Assembly: GCA_013387205.1 (NCBI GenBank)
Contig: WARV01000008.1
Span: 64,136 to 128,135 of the forward strand
DNA from: Patescibacteria group bacterium
GTDB taxonomy: Bacteria; Patescibacteriota; Doudnabacteria; UBA920
Direction: 5' to 3'
Length of the DNA: 64,000 nt
Part shown: positions 1-9,288 of the stretch, in pieces
Numbering within the stretch: the stretch's first letter is position 1
Layout: each line of letters begins with the position of its first letter
Notes under the pieces: generated by a model
Seen by the model: only the letters and a program-made list of their open reading frames with translations
Told to the model about the DNA's origin: nothing
The model's database searches: none
Position numbers and translations under genes: made by a program

Positions 1-8
1 TTAATTTT

Positions 9-171
9 GTCATTGCGAGGAGCCCGCAGGGCGACGTGGCAATCTATTTTAGAGATCCTTCACCCTCAGATGCATTCGGGTTCAGGATGACGCCTAAAGG
101 CGTTAAGATTGCTTTGCTCCACCTTCGCTAAAGCTACGGCGGACAAGTCAGATGCATTCGCTCGCAATGAC
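9..171. repeat. Composite palindromic element GTCATTGCGAG...CTCGCAATGAC with nested sub-repeats
   Basis: 11-nt terminal inverted repeat; related copy at 3424-3535; internal CCTTCGCTAAAGCTACGGCGGACAAG. Confidence 0.85.
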
Positions 172-192
172 GACGAGGATGAAAATTTAAAA

Positions 193-1695
193 ATGGCAAA
201 AAAACAATTTGACCACAAAATTTTGATAATCGGCTACGGGTCGGTTTCACAGTGCACGTTGCCAATTTTGTTAGAAAAATTGGATACGCCTTTGTCTAAC
301 ATTACCATCATGGATTTTGAAGACAAGGCCGCGGCGTTAAAACCATTTACCGACAAAGGCATAAATTTTGTCCGTAACCGCATCACTCCAGAAAATTTGG
401 ACAGCGAACTTTCCAAATATGTGGATGACGGCGGATTGTTAATTGATTTGGCCTGGAACATTGGTGCCAATGATATAATCGGCTGGTGCCACGACCACAA
501 TGTTTTATACGTTAACACCTCTGTGGAAGTTTGGGACTCCATAAAAGGCTTATTCACGGATTCTCCTTTCGAAAAATCACTTTATTTCAGGCAGATGAAA
601 CTGAGAGAAATGTCCAAAGACTGGAAAGATGCCACAACAGCAGTGGTTGACCATGGCGCGAATCCTGGATTAATTTCCCATTTCGTCAAACAGGGTTTAA
701 TTGATATTGCCAACAGAAAGATTTCCGACGGTAAAGCAACCGGCCAGGATAAAGATGAATTAGAGCAATTCATTAAAGACAGGGCGTTTAATAAGTTAGC
801 GCAAAAATTAAAAGTAAAAGTCATCCATTGCAGCGAGCGTGATACGCAAATCACAAACAAGCCGAAAGAGGTTGATGAATTCGTCGGCACCTGGAGTGTA
901 GAAGGCCTTCGTGAAGAAGGAACTGCTCCAGCAGAAATGGGATGGGGTTCTCATGAGAAAGAACTTCCCGCGTTGGCGCATGTGCCGCCGTTCGGTCCCA
1001 AGAACCAAATCTTTTTGGCGCAGATGGGCATGAACACCTGGGTCAGGTCCTGGATTCCGGACGAAGAAATTGTCGGTATGGTCATCCGCCACGGCGAAGC
1101 GTTCGGCCTTTCTGACAGATTGACTGTTTGGGATGGCGAACCTTTTGATGCTACAAAAGGCACATCTGATGAGGATTATAAAGGGAGAAAAGCACTTTAC
1201 CGTCCGACAGTCCACTATGCTTATATGCCTTGCCACGAGACTTTGTCCAGCATCTGCGAATTGCGCGGCAGGAATTATGAAATGCAATCAAAAGTCAGGA
1301 TTTTGGAAGACGAAATAACGTCCGGTGCGGATATCTTAGGTGCATTGCTCATGGGCCACGAATACAATTCCTGGTGGACCGGCAGCAATTTATCAATCGA
1401 GGAAGCCCGCAAGTTGGCTCCCGGCCAGAATGCCACGACTTTGCAGGTAGCCGCAGGGATAATGGGTGCTATTTTGTGGATGATAGAAAACCCGAAGAAA
1501 GGCATTTGCATACCGGATGATTTGCCGCACGATTTTGTACTGGATATTGCCAAACCGTATTTGGGCGAATTTATTTCTACGCCATCTGACTGGACCCCTA
1601 TGAAAAACCGCCAGGTCTTCTTTAAAGAAAATCCGTGCGCTTCAGGCAATCCTGAGGATCCGTGGCAATACGAGAATTTCCAGTTCATCGATTAA
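193..1695 (+). CDS. hss: Homospermidine synthase (saccharopine dehydrogenase-like)
   Basis: Rossmann IIGYGSV, HGANPGLISHF, TWSVEG and NATTLQV motifs; ATG 193 preferred because the 109 start lies inside a repeat. Confidence 0.9.
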   Translation: MAKKQFDHKILIIGYGSVSQCTLPILLEKLDTPLSNITIMDFEDKAAALKPFTDKGINFVRNRITPENLDSELSKYVDDGGLLIDLAWNIGANDIIGWCHDHNVLYVNTSVEVWDSIKGLFTDSPFEKSLYFRQMKLREMSKDWKDATTAVVDHGANPGLISHFVKQGLIDIANRKISDGKATGQDKDELEQFIKDRAFNKLAQKLKVKVIHCSERDTQITNKPKEVDEFVGTWSVEGLREEGTAPAEMGWGSHEKELPALAHVPPFGPKNQIFLAQMGMNTWVRSWIPDEEIVGMVIRHGEAFGLSDRLTVWDGEPFDATKGTSDEDYKGRKALYRPTVHYAYMPCHETLSSICELRGRNYEMQSKVRILEDEITSGADILGALLMGHEYNSWWTGSNLSIEEARKLAPGQNATTLQVAAGIMGAILWMIENPKKGICIPDDLPHDFVLDIAKPYLGEFISTPSDWTPMKNRQVFFKENPCASGNPEDPWQYENFQFID

Positions 1696-1701
1696 AAATA
1701 A

Positions 1702-1736
1702 AGCGACGAGAGAGCTTTAAGCGGCTCTCTCGTCGT
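1702..1736. terminator. Bidirectional hairpin between convergent genes
   Basis: CGACGAGAGAGC-loop-GCTCTCTCGTCG. Confidence 0.7.
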
Positions 1737-1744
1737 GTATGTAA

Positions 1745-2077
1745 TTACTGGTTTATCAGCATAATCCCGATTAAGGCCAGGGCGGTTCCCGCAATGTGAA
1801 CGGGCTGAATCGTATCGCCGAAATACAGCCAACCGATAAGCATAACGCAAATGGTATAAGAAACCATCTGCATTATGCATAACCTGCCCAATTCCCATCG
1901 CTCCCTGAACATGTAAACGAACAAAATCATTTGGATGGTGTAAAGCACGATAGACGGCGGAATAAGCCAGTGGCTCAATCCGTGCCGCAATGAAGCGGAA
2001 TCGTTCGCGGCCTTTTTTAAAAAGGCATCAGCCACCGCTACGGAAATGCCCATTATTACCAGTATTAGAACTTTCAT
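1745..2077 (-). CDS. Small DMT/SMR (EamA-like) membrane transporter
   Basis: 110 aa, four hydrophobic segments, C-terminal YFGD...GTALALIGI pattern. Confidence 0.6.
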   Translation of the reverse strand: MKVLILVIMGISVAVADAFLKKAANDSASLRHGLSHWLIPPSIVLYTIQMILFVYMFRERWELGRLCIMQMVSYTICVMLIGWLYFGDTIQPVHIAGTALALIGIMLINQ

Positions 2078-2134
2078 TTAGTTCCCCCTTGACCAAATAA
2101 TTTATCATTATTTTTATTTATAGTCAAGCCTAAG

Positions 2135-3340
2135 ATGACCAACCAACAAAAAGAATTTTTGCAAAAGATGGCCAAAGAGCATGGAACTCCCTTGTTCGTT
2201 ATTGACCACGAAATAATAAGAAATAATTTTAAAGAGTTCAGGGAAAAACTTCCTGATGTCCAGCCGTATTTCGCGGTAAAGGCTAACTCTAATCCGGAAA
2301 TAATCAAGACCATGTTCAACATGGGATCCAGCTTTGACGTGGCATCGATTTACGAATTCAAGCTGGTCCATAAGCATATTGAAGGCTGGCCGGATAAGGA
2401 AAGGCAAGATTTCATTTGGGACAAGGTTATTTACGCCAACACCATTAAACCGGCCAAGGTTTTGGCCAAGCTGAACCAGTATAAAATTTTAGTCACGTTT
2501 GATAATCTTGAAGAATTAAAAAAGATTAAACAGCACGCGCCTGACGTGGGATTAATTTTGCGCATTCGGGTGCCAAACACGGGCTCCATGGTAGAATTAT
2601 CATCTAAATTTGGCGCGCATCCTTCGGAAGCGGCGGATTTGATTTCCGAGGCAGCGAATATGGGCCTTGGCGTGGAAGGGATTAGTTTCCACGTAGGCAG
2701 CCAGTGCAATAATTTTGACAATTACGTGCAAGCGTTGAATTTGTCACATAACATTTTTAAAGAAGCTGAGCTGCGTGGTATTGAAATAGGTTTTACCGAC
2801 AAAGAAGGCAAAAAGAAAAAAGTTTTGGACATTGGCGGCGGTTTTCCAGTTAAGTATTCGCCGGACGTGAAATCTTTTGCCATGCTGGCCAAAAAACTGA
2901 ATTCGGAAATTAAAAGGCTGTTCGGCAAAGACAATATCCAGGTTATTGCCGAACCTGGCAGGTTTATGGTGGCCACTGCTTGTACATTGGTTACAAAAAT
3001 AATAGGCAAAGCAGTGCGCGACGGCAAGACTTGTTATTACTTGGACGACGGAGTTTACCACACTTTTTCCGGCCAGGTTTACGACCATCAACTGTATCCT
3101 TTGCATGCTTTTAAGGACGGAGAATTAAAGGTTTGCGCGACTTTCGGTCCGACTTGCGATGCTTTTGATACCATTTCTCTGGCCGATGAATTGCCCGAAG
3201 ATTTGCAGATTGATGATTTGCTTTACGCAGAGAATATTGGCGCTTATACATTGGCTTCGGCAACGGATTTTAACGGTTTTCCGGAAGCCAGAGTGCTGAA
3301 CATTAACGTAGAAGTAAAAGAAAAGCAGCCGGTAAAATAA
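2135..3340 (+). CDS. Fold-type III PLP ornithine/lysine decarboxylase
   Basis: PYFAVKAN, FDVAS, SFHVGSQ, LDIGGGF, EPGRF and GPTCD motifs. Confidence 0.9.
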   Translation: MTNQQKEFLQKMAKEHGTPLFVIDHEIIRNNFKEFREKLPDVQPYFAVKANSNPEIIKTMFNMGSSFDVASIYEFKLVHKHIEGWPDKERQDFIWDKVIYANTIKPAKVLAKLNQYKILVTFDNLEELKKIKQHAPDVGLILRIRVPNTGSMVELSSKFGAHPSEAADLISEAANMGLGVEGISFHVGSQCNNFDNYVQALNLSHNIFKEAELRGIEIGFTDKEGKKKKVLDIGGGFPVKYSPDVKSFAMLAKKLNSEIKRLFGKDNIQVIAEPGRFMVATACTLVTKIIGKAVRDGKTCYYLDDGVYHTFSGQVYDHQLYPLHAFKDGELKVCATFGPTCDAFDTISLADELPEDLQIDDLLYAENIGAYTLASATDFNGFPEARVLNINVEVKEKQPVK

Positions 3341-3344
3341 CAAT

Positions 3345-3414
3345 TGAATCTACGAATTGGACGAACCTACCCCAACGGGGCCCCTTCGGGGCGAATCCCT
3401 ACGAAGCTGCGAAT
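3345..3414. repeat. Orphan left arm of ACGAAT-type periodic repeat with nested palindrome
   Basis: GAATCTACGAATTGGACGAACCTAC[CCCAACGGGGCCCCTTCGGGG]CGAATCCCTACGAAGCTGCGAAT. Confidence 0.65.
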
Positions 3415-3423
3415 TGTATCAAT

Positions 3424-3535
3424 GTCATTGCGAGCGAATGCCTCAAAGAGGTCCCTTTGGGGCATCTGAGCGAAGCAGTCCACCCTAAGGTTAAGATTGC
3501 TTCGTCTGTTGGATGCGCTCCAGGCTCGCAATGAC
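3424..3535. repeat. Palindromic element GTCATTGCGAG...CTCGCAATGAC, second copy
   Basis: Same termini and GTTAAGATTGCTT core as 9-171. Confidence 0.85.
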
Positions 3536-3593
3536 AGAAAGCAACCTTCAAAAAACGGCTAAATATTAGGTTTTAGCCGTTTATGATGCAGGA

Positions 3594-3622
3594 TTGACAT
3601 AAGTCTTGGCTTAGTTTATAGT
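3594..3622 (+). promoter_or_regulatory. Sigma70 promoter
   Basis: TTGACA-17nt-TATAGT. Confidence 0.7.
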
Positions 3623-3648
3623 CATAAATAGGCATTAAATAAAAATAT

Positions 3649-3885
3649 ATGCAAGACGTAAATTTCCAACCAGTTTTTGATTACATAGATCAAACAAAAC
3701 AAGAATTGTTTGATAAATTAGCAAGTAAAGAAGATTTGAATATGCTCAAAAACTCTGTCGATGCCTATGCTAAACAATCAAAAGACATGTATCAGGAAGT
3801 AACTGTTTTGGTAGCCAAAGTCAGCAGAATGGAAAATTGGATTAAACAGGCATCCACAAAGTTAGGGATTGAATATCAAGTTTAA
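3649..3885 (+). CDS. Hypothetical coiled-coil protein
   Basis: 78 aa ORF directly after a promoter. Confidence 0.65.
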   Translation: MQDVNFQPVFDYIDQTKQELFDKLASKEDLNMLKNSVDAYAKQSKDMYQEVTVLVAKVSRMENWIKQASTKLGIEYQV

Positions 3886-3920
3886 TTAATCATTAAAATA
3901 TCAGTCAAAGAAAGTTAATT

Positions 3921-4247
3921 ATGGCAAACGATTACTTAAAGAAAGAACCGTCAAAAACAGAAAAGTTGATTTACGAGCTGTATATGCAGCAACAGCAAAT
4001 GGACCGCGCATTATACACCAATTCCGCATTGCTTATGGCTTTGGCTATAGAAACGAAAATTTCACCGGAAGCACTGGCAGAGTTTTTGGTAAATGGCAAT
4101 GAGAAGATAAAAGAATACAGCGGAAAAGTCAACAAGAAAATTGAAGAACTGGAAAAGGAGCAACAGAAACAGCACCCTCATGGACATGACCATAGCCATG
4201 AAGGCCATGACCACAATCACGAAGCTCCAAAGGAAGAAGCTAAATAA
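3921..4247 (+). CDS. Hypothetical protein with His-rich C-terminus
   Basis: 108 aa ORF followed by a hairpin. Confidence 0.7.
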   Translation: MANDYLKKEPSKTEKLIYELYMQQQQMDRALYTNSALLMALAIETKISPEALAEFLVNGNEKIKEYSGKVNKKIEELEKEQQKQHPHGHDHSHEGHDHNHEAPKEEAK

Positions 4248-4266
4248 ATCTTTAATTATGTTTTAT

Positions 4267-4304
4267 CAAGGGGCATCCTTGCTTTCAGGCAAGGATGCCC
4301 CTTG
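4267..4304 (+). terminator. Intrinsic terminator-like hairpin
   Basis: CAAGGGGCATCCTTGC-loop-GCAAGGATGCCCCTTG. Confidence 0.65.
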
Positions 4305-4338
4305 TATTTGGTAAATTTATGGTATAATTAAAGTAATT

Positions 4339-4569
4339 ATGGAAATCAAAAAAGGGTTATATAAACATTTTAAAGGGAATAATTACAAAGTAATCGGCGT
4401 TGCCAAGCATTCAGAGACTTTGGAAGATTGTGTTGTTTATGAGGCTCAATATGGCGAGCGGGGCTTGTGGGTCAGGCCGGCTAAGATGTTTTTGGAAAAC
4501 GTGGAAGTTGACGGCAAAATGGTTCCTAGGTTTGATTTTTTGTCTGAAGATGAAACTAAAATTACGTAA
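4339..4569 (+). CDS. DUF1653 domain protein
   Basis: YKHFKGNNY...HSET...VVYEAQYG..LWVRP..MF signature. Confidence 0.85.
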   Translation: MEIKKGLYKHFKGNNYKVIGVAKHSETLEDCVVYEAQYGERGLWVRPAKMFLENVEVDGKMVPRFDFLSEDETKIT

Positions 4570-4623
4570 AAGACCACGTAATCAATTATATTTATATATA
4601 GCCAAACATTAAAAAATAAAACT

Positions 4624-5550
4624 ATGTCTAAAATAATAATTACTTCAGGTAAGAATTATGTTGATATAGACGCTTTAGCCTCGGCTTTAGCATTAAGGGA
4701 TTTATTAATTTTGGAAGGAGAAGACGCAGAAGCGGTTTTGGCCGGTCCTTTAAACCACAGCGTGAGCCCGGAAATAAAAAGTTGGGGATTGAATTACTCA
4801 ACTGAATTAAAATATTTGGATGTAGATTTTATATTAGTCGATGTTTCCGAGGCGAGCCATTTTCCGATGTTTTTAAATCAAAACAGGATTATTAAGATAT
4901 ATGACCACCACTTTAACTTTGCGGATTTTTGGAAAAAGAGCATCGGGAATAAAGCTGTCATAGAGCCGGTAGGGTCTTGCGCAACGTTAATCTGGGAGGA
5001 ATACGTAAAACAGGGAAAAGAAAAACAGATCAGTGCCATTAATTCTAACCTTTTGGCTACGGCAATCGTCTCAAATACTTTAAATTTCAATGCCAGTGTA
5101 ACTACCGACAGGGACAAGGCAGCTTTTGCAGGGCTCCAAAGCAGCATGAGTCTTGGCGGCGATTGGGTTAGGCGCTATTTTGACCAACAGGAGGACCAGG
5201 TTATTGATGACCCTTACCAATCTATTGTTAGGGATACGAAAGTACAAGATATATCCAACTTAGGGTTTGTTGTTGTTATAGGGCAAATTGAATTATGGGA
5301 CGGCAGTCAATTTACAAAAAACCATCAAAGCGTAATTAAAGACGCTTTAACCAGCTTTAACCAGGAACACTGGTTCTTTAGCTGCCCTAGTATCAGCGAA
5401 GGAAAGAATTACATTTACGCCGAAAGCGATAAAATTAAAGAAATGCTGAAAAGGATAATCGGTGCGAAATTCGAATCAAATTTAGGTGAAACTCCTAAGC
5501 TATGGCTCAGGAAAGAAATTTTTAACAAGCTTTACCAGTTAAAGGATTAA
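4624..5550 (+). CDS. DHH-family phosphoesterase, Mn-dependent pyrophosphatase-like
   Basis: DIDALAS, LVD, YDHH and VGSCATLI motifs. Confidence 0.8.
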   Translation: MSKIIITSGKNYVDIDALASALALRDLLILEGEDAEAVLAGPLNHSVSPEIKSWGLNYSTELKYLDVDFILVDVSEASHFPMFLNQNRIIKIYDHHFNFADFWKKSIGNKAVIEPVGSCATLIWEEYVKQGKEKQISAINSNLLATAIVSNTLNFNASVTTDRDKAAFAGLQSSMSLGGDWVRRYFDQQEDQVIDDPYQSIVRDTKVQDISNLGFVVVIGQIELWDGSQFTKNHQSVIKDALTSFNQEHWFFSCPSISEGKNYIYAESDKIKEMLKRIIGAKFESNLGETPKLWLRKEIFNKLYQLKD

Positions 5551-5553
5551 ATC

Positions 5554-6021
5554 ATGGAATTCAATAAAGAGTTTAGACCGAAAGTAGGGTTTGGGGTATA
5601 TATAATCAATGATAAAAATCAGATACTGTTAATGCATAGAATTGGATCGCATTCATCAAACACCTGGTGTCCTCCAGGAGGGCATTTGGAATTTAAAGAA
5701 AGTTTTTTAGATGGCGCTAAAAGAGAAACCAAAGAAGAATCAGGATTAGATATTGAGGATATTGAATTAGTTGGGGTAACAAATGATATTTACGAAACCG
5801 AAAACAAACATTATGTTACTTTGGCATTAAAAGCAAAGGCATATAAAGGTGAACCGAAAATTATAGAGCCGGATAAGTGTGATGAGGTTGCCTGGTTCGA
5901 TTTAGATAAGATGCCAAGTAATTTAATGCTGACTAATAAGAATTTTTTTAACAGCAATCCGGAATGCCTCTGCGGCAGCGGTAAGAAATATTTTGATTGC
6001 CATAAAAAACTTGGAAGCTAA
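5554..6021 (+). CDS. NUDIX hydrolase with C-terminal SEC-C motif
   Basis: Nudix box GGHLEFKES..GAKRETKEESG; CLCGSGKKYFDCH. Confidence 0.85.
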   Translation: MEFNKEFRPKVGFGVYIINDKNQILLMHRIGSHSSNTWCPPGGHLEFKESFLDGAKRETKEESGLDIEDIELVGVTNDIYETENKHYVTLALKAKAYKGEPKIIEPDKCDEVAWFDLDKMPSNLMLTNKNFFNSNPECLCGSGKKYFDCHKKLGS

Positions 6022-6034
6022 TGCCTAATTCATC

Positions 6035-6607
6035 ATGGGAAAGAAATTAACTAAGCAGCAAAAACAGCTGGAACTGGGCAAAATAGCCAAAGAAATTGAA
6101 AAATGCAAAATTTGCAAAATCGATAAGGTTGGCATGGCGGTTCCAGGAGAAGGAAATCCGGATGCGGATATAATGTTTATCGGTGAAGCTCCGGGAAAAA
6201 AAGAAGCGGCCACAGGCCGTCCTTTTATTGGTAGGGCAGGGAAGCTGCTCAGGTCGCTTATTAATGAGGCGGGTTTAAAGGAAGAAGATGTTTTTATAAC
6301 CAGTCCCGTCAAATATTTGCCAATTTATATTACCCCTAAGCCGTCAGATATCGAGCATGGCAGGACGCATTTAAACGAACAGATTGCAATTATTGAACCA
6401 AAAATTATCGTATTGCTTGGCAATACTGCCTGCTTGGCGGTTTTAAAAGAAAAATGCTTTATAGCCAAAGACCATGGCAAGATAATTGAAAAAGGCGGGC
6501 GCAAATATTTAATCGCTTACCATCCGGCTGCGCCTCTGTATTCGCCAAAATTGCGCGATGAGATAAAGAAAGATTTTGAAAAACTTAAAAAGATCATTAA
6601 GGAATAG
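6035..6607 (+). CDS. Uracil-DNA glycosylase family 4
   Basis: CxxC, GEAPG, GRPFIGRAG and YHPAA motifs. Confidence 0.88.
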   Translation: MGKKLTKQQKQLELGKIAKEIEKCKICKIDKVGMAVPGEGNPDADIMFIGEAPGKKEAATGRPFIGRAGKLLRSLINEAGLKEEDVFITSPVKYLPIYITPKPSDIEHGRTHLNEQIAIIEPKIIVLLGNTACLAVLKEKCFIAKDHGKIIEKGGRKYLIAYHPAAPLYSPKLRDEIKKDFEKLKKIIKE

Positions 6608-9166
6608 ATGAAAATGAAGAAGAAAAACCACGTCAAATTACCAATTCATGTCAGACCAGAACGGTATGAGATAATGCTCAAGCCGGATTTGGAGAATTTT
6701 TTGTTTGAAGGAGAAGAAACGATCTTTTTAACATTGGATAAATCAGTAAATGAAATTACTCTCCACTCCAAAGAATTGGAAATAGAATCGGCAGTATTTA
6801 GAGTTAAGAGTAAAGGGATAAGAGTTAAGAATATCAAATACGACGAAAAGGCGGAGACGATTATTTTTTCTTTTGCAGATAAACTGCCCAAAGGGGCAGG
6901 GGAATTGAAATTAAAATTCAAAGGCATTTTAAATGACAAAATGCGCGGATTTTACCGGAGCAAATACCACCATAAAGGCAAGGAAAGACACATGGCTACT
7001 ACGCAGTTTGAAGCGACTGATGCCAGGCGCGCCTTTCCTTGTTTTGACGAACCAGCGCAAAAAGCGATTTTCGACGTAACTTTAATGATTCCAAGCTTCA
7101 CAACCGCAATATCCAACACGATTGAAACTGAAGTCGTAGAACATACCAATGGGCTAAAGTCGGTTAAGTTCGCTTCGACCCCGAAAATGTCAACTTACCT
7201 TTTGGCCTTCATTGTCGGGGAATTCGAATGGATAGAAAGCAAAACCAAAGACGGGGTTGTGGTCAGGGTTTTTACAACACCGGGGAAAAAGCATCAGGCG
7301 AAATTCGCGCTTGGATGCGCGGTAAAATCACTGGAGTTTTACAATAATTATTTTGGCATTCCGTATCCGTTGCCGGTAATGGATTTAATTGCTATCCCGG
7401 ATTTTGAATCCGCGGCAATGGAAAACTGGGGAGCTGTTACTTACCGCGAATCCGCCCTGCTTGTTGATGAAGAACGTTCTTCAACCGCTAATAAAGAATG
7501 GGTGGCGATTGTCGTAGCTCATGAGCTGGCTCACCAGTGGTTCGGTAATTTAGTGACAATGGATTGGTGGACAGATTTGTGGCTGAACGAAGGCTTTGCG
7601 TCATACATGGAATATCTGGCAGTTGACCATATGTTTCCGAAATGGAACATGTGGACGCAGTATGTCGGCGGAAGATTCGCCAGGGCCTTGGATTTGGATT
7701 CGTTGGAACACACGCATCCAATTGAAATTGAGGTGCATCATCCGGACGAAATTGGAGAAATTTTTGATGAAGTCAGCTATGCCAAAGGCTCGGCCGTCAT
7801 CCGCATGCTGGCAGAATATTTAGGCGCGGAAACTTTCCGGAGAGGACTGGGTCATTACCTGAAAAAACACCAGTTCGGCAATGCAATAACATCTGATTTA
7901 TGGAAATCTTTTGAAGAAGTTTCCGGCAAGCCAGTAGGAAAAATAATGCAAAATTGGACGAGCAGGGCCGGTTATCCTTTGGTTAGCGTAGCTGACGGAG
8001 GAAAAATTTTGAACTTGAGCCAAAAAAGATTTTACAGCAGCCCGCTTTCGCTAAAAACTTCCAAAGACAATACTGTGTGGCAAATTCCTGTCAGCCTTTC
8101 ATCAGATAAAGACATGAATCAGGATAAAATAATTTTGGCATCAAAATCGCAGGCGATTAAATTGCCGGAAAATTTGAAATGGATAAAATTTAATGCCGGA
8201 CAAACCGGATTTTTCAGGACAAAATATCCTGAAAACCTGCTTGAAGGATTGTCGCAGCCAATAAAGGCAAAAAAACTTCCTGCTGCTGACCGATTGGGAA
8301 TTTTAAGCGATGCTTTTGCGTTAGTCGAAGCCGGGCAAATGCCGACTGTCGCGCTTTTGGAACTTTTAAAAAGTTATGAAGATGAAAATGATTATACGGT
8401 ATGGACAGAAATTATTTCTTGTCTAAGGACGCTGGACTCTTTGCTGTTTGAGACGGATGCCAGGAAGAAATTCAATGAATTCAGCCGCAAGATGCTTAAA
8501 AAAATAGCCGAACGCGTGGGGTGGGTTGCTAAAAAGCACGAAGACCATACGACTACGTTATTGCGCAGCCTGGTCTTGGTCAATTTAGGACACTTTGGCG
8601 ACAAGGATATAAAAACCAAATCTCTTAAAATGTTTTGGGGCAAAAAAAACATACCTGCGGATTTGCGCGGAATCGTCTATAGGATGGTGGCGGAAAACGG
8701 TTCCAATAAAGAATTTTTAGAGATGAAAAAAAGGTACGAGGCCGAACCTATGCATGAAGAGCAGGACAGGCTAGGCAGGAACATGGCATTTTTTGCTGAT
8801 GAAAAAATCCTGGCTAAGGTCTTTGATTTCGCCATGTCCGGCAAAGTCAGGATCCAGGATACGCCGTTTATAATAGGTTCGGGATTCTTTAATCCTGCCG
8901 GCAGGAACGCTGTGCTATCTTACGTTAAAAAGAATTGGAAAAATCTTGCTGATAAATTCGGCAGCGGCCACTTAATAGTAAGGTTTATCCACCCGATGGA
9001 TAGTTTTGTTTCAAAAGAGAAAGCGGATGAAATTGAACAATTCTTTAAAAAGTACCCGACTCCTTCGGCTAACAGGACCATAAAGCAGGTTTTGGAAAAA
9101 ATTATTTCCAACGACGCCTGGCTTAAGAGAGATTTAGATAGTATTAATGAATGGTTAAAAAAATAA
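6608..9166 (+). CDS. pepN: M1 family aminopeptidase
   Basis: AAMENWG, HELAHQW...NEGFA and ERAP1-like C-terminus. Confidence 0.9.
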   Translation: MKMKKKNHVKLPIHVRPERYEIMLKPDLENFLFEGEETIFLTLDKSVNEITLHSKELEIESAVFRVKSKGIRVKNIKYDEKAETIIFSFADKLPKGAGELKLKFKGILNDKMRGFYRSKYHHKGKERHMATTQFEATDARRAFPCFDEPAQKAIFDVTLMIPSFTTAISNTIETEVVEHTNGLKSVKFASTPKMSTYLLAFIVGEFEWIESKTKDGVVVRVFTTPGKKHQAKFALGCAVKSLEFYNNYFGIPYPLPVMDLIAIPDFESAAMENWGAVTYRESALLVDEERSSTANKEWVAIVVAHELAHQWFGNLVTMDWWTDLWLNEGFASYMEYLAVDHMFPKWNMWTQYVGGRFARALDLDSLEHTHPIEIEVHHPDEIGEIFDEVSYAKGSAVIRMLAEYLGAETFRRGLGHYLKKHQFGNAITSDLWKSFEEVSGKPVGKIMQNWTSRAGYPLVSVADGGKILNLSQKRFYSSPLSLKTSKDNTVWQIPVSLSSDKDMNQDKIILASKSQAIKLPENLKWIKFNAGQTGFFRTKYPENLLEGLSQPIKAKKLPAADRLGILSDAFALVEAGQMPTVALLELLKSYEDENDYTVWTEIISCLRTLDSLLFETDARKKFNEFSRKMLKKIAERVGWVAKKHEDHTTTLLRSLVLVNLGHFGDKDIKTKSLKMFWGKKNIPADLRGIVYRMVAENGSNKEFLEMKKRYEAEPMHEEQDRLGRNMAFFADEKILAKVFDFAMSGKVRIQDTPFIIGSGFFNPAGRNAVLSYVKKNWKNLADKFGSGHLIVRFIHPMDSFVSKEKADEIEQFFKKYPTPSANRTIKQVLEKIISNDAWLKRDLDSINEWLKK

Positions 9167-9285
9167 CTAATCATATAACCAATCTACAAATCCATACTAA
9201 TAATAACTAATGACAACTAATACTACCTTAGTACGCATTAGTTGTCATTGGTAATATTCGTTACATTAGTTGATTGGTTAATCAA
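9165..9285. repeat. Periodic-arm palindrome, family A (ACTAAT/ATTAGT)
   Basis: ACTAATAATAACTAATGACAACTAAT...ATTAGTTGTCATTGGTAAT. Confidence 0.75.
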
Positions 9286-9288
9286 TGA

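Noticed and set aside
109-192. N-terminal extension of hss from the ORF track
   Set aside because: It lies within the palindromic repeat; ATG 193 fits the enzyme's start.
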